This document shows, in pieces, positions 59,672 to 64,000 of a stretch of 64,000 nt of DNA. The notes beneath the pieces were generated by a model. It did not search any database and was not told the origin of the DNA. It was given only the letters and a program-made list of their open reading frames with translations. Position numbers and translations under genes: made by a program. The stretch comes from Dehalococcoidia bacterium (GTDB lineage: Bacteria > Chloroflexota > Dehalococcoidia > Lucifugimonadales > CAUZJF01): assembly GCA_965248605.1 (NCBI GenBank), contig CBDFJV010000005.1, positions 36,355-100,354 of the forward strand, given 5' to 3'. Position 1 is the stretch's first letter; every line of letters begins with the position of its first letter.

Positions 59672-60390
59672 CCACCGAGCACGGATGTGGCCGTTGCCTG
59701 TTTCTCCGCCGCCTTGCTCGGCAGGCCCAGCTCAGCGAGGCTGGTCCACTCGATGTCGAAACCGAACACATGGCTAAACTCGCGGGCTAGCACCGGCACC
59801 ACCGACTCTACGGAAACGCCTTCGCTTCCATGAGCAACCATCGAAGTCACAGCTACGTCGGACATACCGCACGGGACAATGTGCTCGAAGTACGAGAGAT
59901 CAGGGTCCACGTTGAGTGCGAAGCCGTGGGTCGTCACGCCTCGGCTGATCTTTACTCCGATGGCGGCGATCTTCGCGTCGCCGACCCAGACTCCGGTGGG
60001 CCGCTCGTCCGACGTAGCGTCGATGCCGAACTCCGCCAGCGTGGCAACGATCACCCGCTCGAGGCTCCGAACGTATTGGAGGGGCCCAATGCCTAGTGTC
60101 CGCAGGTTAACGATGGGGTAGCCGACAAGCTGACCGGGGCCGTGGTAAGTCACCTCGCCGCCGCGGTCGATATGGTGTACCTCGACGCCTAGCTCCTCGA
60201 GTCGCTGTGGCGCTGCCAGAATGTCGCTATCGTTACCACGGCGACCCAGGGTATAGATGTGGTTGTGCTCTACAAACAGCAGCACGCCCGGCGGATCGCC
60301 GTCGGCGACCCTGGCCTGGAGGGTTCTTTGGAGTTCGAGCGCTTCGGCATAGTCGAGACGGCCAGCGTCGACCGCGTAGCAGAGGGTCAT
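59668..60390 (-). CDS. lipB: lipoyl(octanoyl) transferase
   Basis: DYAEALELQR, HNHIYTLGRRG, DRGGEVTYHGPGQLVGYP, KIAAIGVKI. Confidence 0.9.
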   Translation of the reverse strand: MTLCYAVDAGRLDYAEALELQRTLQARVADGDPPGVLLFVEHNHIYTLGRRGNDSDILAAPQRLEELGVEVHHIDRGGEVTYHGPGQLVGYPIVNLRTLGIGPLQYVRSLERVIVATLAEFGIDATSDERPTGVWVGDAKIAAIGVKISRGVTTHGFALNVDPDLSYFEHIVPCGMSDVAVTSMVAHGSEGVSVESVVPVLAREFSHVFGFDIEWTSLAELGLPSKAAEKQATATSVLGG

Positions 60391-60591
60391 TGGGCACAGC
60401 GTACCGCGTTTCAGCTGGCGCGGTCTACGGACGCGGCCACGATAGCAATGAGACAAGGATTTTTTAGGGTGTCTCATCTGGTCTCAAAGTGTCTCATTGA
60501 ATGGTGCGCTCATAGGGCCGAGAGCCCCCGTCTCAATCTTCCGCCGGAAGGGGAAGAGGAGAGACCGCTTCCCCGATACGCTAAGGGGGTC

Positions 60592-60759
60592 TCAACGGCG
60601 CCCATCCGCATCGATCGGCGCCTCGAGCTCGGCCAGAGCGACGATCTTGATGTGGGTCTCGCCGTGGTGTTTCGTCCTCAGAATCAGATGGCCGTTCTTG
60701 ACTTCGCCCATCTTGAGACCGTCGTGGTCGCAGCGGATCGCTTGCATCTTGGCGTCCAA
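60592..60759 (-). CDS. small hypothetical protein (55 aa)
   Basis: AGGAGG Shine-Dalgarno sequence 7 nt before the TTG at 60759. MDAKMQAIRCDHDGLKMGEVKNGHLILRTKHHGETHIKIV.... No family recognised. Confidence 0.35.
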   Translation of the reverse strand: MDAKMQAIRCDHDGLKMGEVKNGHLILRTKHHGETHIKIVALAELEAPIDADGRR

Positions 60760-60800
60760 TGGTGTTCCTCCTGTTACTCGTGATTGCTTCTCACCCTGGT

Positions 60801-60840
60801 CCCTAATCCCCAACCCCTAACCCCAAACCCCTAATCCCTA
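60801..60840 (-). repeat. TTAGGG-like G-tract repeat (G-rich on the minus strand)
   Basis: ccctaatccccaacccctaaccccaaacccctaatcccta. The reverse complement shares ggggttaggggtt with 33786-33882. Confidence 0.55.
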
Positions 60841-62550
60841 ATCCACCGAAGGACGGCGTGTAGGAGGCCTGCTGAAGAAACAAAAGGGTGCGCCTCTGAA
60901 TCTGGGATAATGGTTTTGAAACAGAAAACCGGTCCCAGAAAAGGAGCACCCGATAGATGCTACCACGTAACCACCCCGACCGCATCCAAATCGCCTTCGA
61001 CGACCACCGCCTGGTGGCCAATGCCGGGCTGATCCTTCCCGCCACCCTCGCCCTGCGCCTTGGCCTGCCCCAACTCCTCCGGAAGCACCTCGACCTCGGC
61101 GGCGCGCCGGGCCGGGCGAACACCGGCGACAAGATGATGACCCTGGTGGCCTCCGCCCTAGCCGGCGGAGATTGCATCGACGACGCCGATGTGCTGCGCG
61201 CCGGCGGGACCGCCCGCGTGCTCGGTTTCACGGCTAAGGCTCCCTCCACCCTGGGCACCTTCCTGCGCAGCTTCAGGTGGGGCCATGTCCGCCAACTGGA
61301 CCGGGTGAGCCGCGAGTTGCTGGCCCGGGTCTGGAAGGCCGGTGCCGGACCCGGCGACGCACCATTCACCATCGACCTTGATTCGACGATCTGCGAGACC
61401 TACGGACTGGCCAAGGAGGGCGCCCGCCACCACGGCTACACCGGTGCGCGGGGCTATCACCCGCTGCTGGCCGTCGCCGCCGGCACCGGCGACGTGCTGA
61501 TGGCCCGCCTGCGCGAGGGCCGGGCTAACACCGCCCGCGGCGCTGCCCACTTCCTGCGTGAAACGGTGGGGCGGGTGCGCTACTGCGGAGCCAGGGGCCA
61601 ACTCACGGTGCGGGCCGACAGCGGCTTCTATACCCACGCCGTGGTCGCCGTCTGCCGCCGGATGGATGTCCGCTTCTCCATCGCCATCCGCCAGCGCGCC
61701 CGCCTGCGGAATCTCATCGAGGCGATACCCGAAGATGCCTGGACGCCGATTCCTTACTGGCTGGACGGCGCCGCCGATGTGGCCGAGACCACCTACACCC
61801 CGTTCCAGGCCGAGGCGGACGCCGCGCCGGTACGGCTCATCGTCCGGCGGGTGAAGCCGGCGCCCTGTTCTCAACTGGCTCTCTTCGCCACCTACAGCTA
61901 TCACGGCTTCATCACCGACCGGGACGGGGAGACGCTGGAACTGGAGGCCGATCATCGCCGTCACGCCGAGATCGAGAATGCGATACGCGACCTCAAGTAC
62001 GGCGTGGGGCTGAACCATCTCCCCTCGGGCCGTTTCGCCGCCAACGGCGCCTGGCTGGCGGTACAGGTGATGGCGCACAACCTGGCCCGCTGGACAGCCC
62101 GCATCGGCCTGGGTCAGCAGATCGTGACCACCAAGACCCTCAGACGACGGGTCTTTGCCTTGGCCGGACGGATCACCCGCTCGGCACGCCGATTGACCCT
62201 GCAGCTTCCCCGGCGCTGGCCCTGGGAGGAGCAGTTCAGCCGCGCCCTGGCCCGACTGCGAGCCATTCCACTCCCAGCCTGACGGAGCCCGTCCGCCACT
62301 GACCCACCAGCCAACCCAACGTCCCCGCAAACTCGCGCCAGCCCAGTCCGCGAGCGCCTCTTGCCGTGTCCTATCCCGCCATCTGGCTCGCCACAGCCAC
62401 TGTAGGCCGCCATCGGTGCCCCCCAAAAGCGCCTGCAGACCGCCCGCCAACCTCCCGTCTACCCAAATTCGAGCCCGGATCATCACGCCTGTAACTCCCT
62501 CACCCCCTTCCGCTGTCCTCACGTCGTCCATCCCTGTCCGTCGGTGGATT
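60840..62550 (+). mobile_element. IS1380-family insertion sequence (about 1.7 kb)
   Basis: Imperfect TIRs aatccaccgaaggacgg / (rc) aatccaccgacggacagg. Single 441-aa transposase ORF. Confidence 0.8.
60957..62282 (+). CDS. IS1380-family transposase
   Basis: IAFDDHRLVANAGLILPATLALRLGL, FTIDLDSTICETYG, RADSGFY, ENAIRDLKYGVGLNHLPSG. Confidence 0.9.
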   Translation: MLPRNHPDRIQIAFDDHRLVANAGLILPATLALRLGLPQLLRKHLDLGGAPGRANTGDKMMTLVASALAGGDCIDDADVLRAGGTARVLGFTAKAPSTLGTFLRSFRWGHVRQLDRVSRELLARVWKAGAGPGDAPFTIDLDSTICETYGLAKEGARHHGYTGARGYHPLLAVAAGTGDVLMARLREGRANTARGAAHFLRETVGRVRYCGARGQLTVRADSGFYTHAVVAVCRRMDVRFSIAIRQRARLRNLIEAIPEDAWTPIPYWLDGAADVAETTYTPFQAEADAAPVRLIVRRVKPAPCSQLALFATYSYHGFITDRDGETLELEADHRRHAEIENAIRDLKYGVGLNHLPSGRFAANGAWLAVQVMAHNLARWTARIGLGQQIVTTKTLRRRVFALAGRITRSARRLTLQLPRRWPWEEQFSRALARLRAIPLPA

Positions 62551-62690
62551 CGGGCCAAGAAGAGGCTGTAGTTGTTCCACCCGTGCCGGCGCAGAGCGTC
62601 GAGCATGTCGGGCCAGACAGCTTTGTGGTGCTCCTTGTACTCGTCCAGTCTCTCTTTGCGGACCTTGAGCAGAAAGCCTACCCGTTCCAT
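62551..62690 (-). pseudogene. rhaM: L-rhamnose mutarotase gene truncated by IS1380 (first ~47 codons only)
   Basis: MERVGFLLKVRKERLDEYKEHHKAVWPDMLDALRRHGWNNYSLFLA, then the reading frame enters the IS TIR. The remainder is not found on the other side of the IS. Confidence 0.7.
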
Positions 62691-62762
62691 GTTCTCGACT
62701 CCTCACCGGCGACCTAGATGGGCGATTTCGATGGCTTCGGTTCTCGTCTGGGCCGTGGGGCT

Positions 62763-63731
62763 TCAAGTGCTGGGTCGTCTGGCTACCATGATGATATGTG
62801 TGCCGCTGTCGACGAGCCCGGGTGCCCGGTTCAGCCGCCTTTCGATCTCGACTGCGGTGTCCCATACCTTGGGATCAGCTTCCACGTCGGCCAAGGTCAA
62901 GGATCCTTCGAAGGTGGTCACGTTGGACCCCGCGAGCTCGAGGACCTCACAGTCACCGAACAGATCGCGCAACTCGTCGGCAGAGTAAAGGTGCATCGGG
63001 GGATGATCTATTGAGGGTACGCTACTCGGGAAGCCTGGGCGGTCTCCCTCGTCCAAGATACTCCACAGGTGCCTACCGTCCGGATCGTTCAGGATGTCGA
63101 GCTCTGGCCGACGAACGACGTTGGCGGCAGCGCCGAAGCGACTCATCACACTGACCAGAAGGTGCCCGTCGGGCTTCACAACCCTTACTAGCTCTGCGGC
63201 AGCGTTCTTTCTTTGCTCACAGACATACGAGAGTGCTCCTCCGAAGCAAACCACGCGATCGAAATAGCCATCTTGCAGCATCGACAGGTCAGTGATGTCG
63301 CCTCGGACGAGTCCTTCGGCGCCATGGACAAGCCCCTCCGCTTCCAGGTTCTCTCGGGCAAGCTTGAGTTGCTCGTCGGAGAGATCCAGCAGCGTGACTC
63401 GTGCTCCGAGACGAACCATGGCGATACTGAAACGGCCTGGGCCGCTCCCCGCATCGAGTACAAGATCTCCCGGCCTCACGTAGCGCTTGATGAAATCCGT
63501 GTGGATAATGGCTTGCAGCCGACCATACGCTTGATCCTCGAGCCTAGACCACTCGCGCTCACCATAGGCGTTATAGAAGAACCGAGTCCGGTCGGGGTCG
63601 TATTGCGTCTCTATTTCGTACCTACACTCAGGTTGAATGTCGCGCAGCTTGAAATGCACGTCAGGCCCCACGACAGCCGGAATCCTATCACGGTAGCAAC
63701 CGGCCTGGAGCGCCGTGGTGTAACATTTCAC
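62763..63731 (-). CDS. class I SAM-dependent methyltransferase
   Basis: Motif I VLDAGSGPGRFS. Post-I acidic LLDLSDE. Confidence 0.85.
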   Translation of the reverse strand: MKCYTTALQAGCYRDRIPAVVGPDVHFKLRDIQPECRYEIETQYDPDRTRFFYNAYGEREWSRLEDQAYGRLQAIIHTDFIKRYVRPGDLVLDAGSGPGRFSIAMVRLGARVTLLDLSDEQLKLARENLEAEGLVHGAEGLVRGDITDLSMLQDGYFDRVVCFGGALSYVCEQRKNAAAELVRVVKPDGHLLVSVMSRFGAAANVVRRPELDILNDPDGRHLWSILDEGDRPGFPSSVPSIDHPPMHLYSADELRDLFGDCEVLELAGSNVTTFEGSLTLADVEADPKVWDTAVEIERRLNRAPGLVDSGTHIIMVARRPST

Positions 63732-63756
63732 GACATCGACGTCCCTGGAGAGCCCG

Positions 63757-64000
63757 ATGAAGTGCCTCGTCTATCACGGAAACAAAGACCTGCGCCTCGA
63801 GTCCGCGCCCGATCCGACTCCCGGCCCCGGCGAGGTGAAGCTCCGCATCGACTATTGCGGCATATGTGCCACGGACATCGAGGAGTACCTCTACGGGCCG
63901 AAGTTCATCGCCAGCGACCCTCCGAACCCTCTGACCGGCAAGACCCTACCGACTATCATCGGCCACGAGATGACGGGCACGGTCTTCGAGCCCGCCGATG
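63757..64000 (+). CDS. zinc-dependent dehydrogenase (butanediol/sorbitol DH-like), 5' partial
   Basis: MKCLVYHGNKDLRLE...GEVKLRIDYCGICATDIEEY...IGHEMTG. Runs off the window end. Confidence 0.8.
   Translation, partial: MKCLVYHGNKDLRLESAPDPTPGPGEVKLRIDYCGICATDIEEYLYGPKFIASDPPNPLTGKTLPTIIGHEMTGTVFEPAD

Noticed and set aside
61158-62690. 510-aa minus-strand ORF across the IS1380 element
   Set aside because: It lies antisense to the clearly recognisable IS1380 transposase. Only its first ~47 codons (rhaM remnant) are real coding sequence. The rest is read-through into the IS.

Overview
High-G+C bacterial chromosomal window. The DnaD/DnaI-type helicase-loader genes and GTAGGGGC-type REP hairpins hint at a Chloroflexota-like lineage, but that is weak inference only. 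No rRNA, tRNA or CRISPR array was recognised.

Backbone (housekeeping):
- A pyrimidine operon, pyrR-pyrB-pyrC-carA-carB, with a PyrR-binding RNA motif upstream.
- dnaA flanked by DnaA-box clusters (probable oriC), followed by obg-nadD-pyrE.
- ccmC-ccmD-like-ccmE, an ECF sigma/anti-sigma pair, recQ, groES, dnaE, metG, a polyprenyl synthase, a TerC-family gene and cysS.
- An rplI-dnaB-dnaD-like-dnaC-like replication block and lipB, plus assorted oxidoreductases, hydrolases and aminotransferases.

Accessory DNA layered on this backbone:
- Five toxin-antitoxin-type loci: a frameshifted PIN gene with a small partner, vapBC, hicBA, and a RelE/ParE toxin.
- One IS630 element and three sequence-identical 131-bp MITEs derived from it. 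One MITE plus the IS split a histidine-phosphatase gene after codon 3.
- An IS1380 element that truncates rhaM, and a transposase remnant.
- A lower-GC SDR gene bracketed by ~375-bp direct repeats that include a duplicated recQ 3' end.
- Several REP/G-tract repeat families.

Most interesting candidates:
1. A low-GC islet where a dCTP-deaminase-fold protein with a C-terminal tail sits in the antitoxin position of a RelE/ParE toxin.
2. A redoxin gene with an in-frame TGA exactly at the first Cys of a CxxC motif (U-P-F-C) and a downstream hairpin, a candidate selenoprotein. It lies divergent from a membrane HdrD-like Fe-S protein.
3. A complete CysRS fused to a GT2 glycosyltransferase domain.
4. 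A helicase loader with two tandem DnaC-like AAA+ modules, the first lacking a Walker A motif.

All calls come from reading the sequence and ORF translations. No database search or computation was run.
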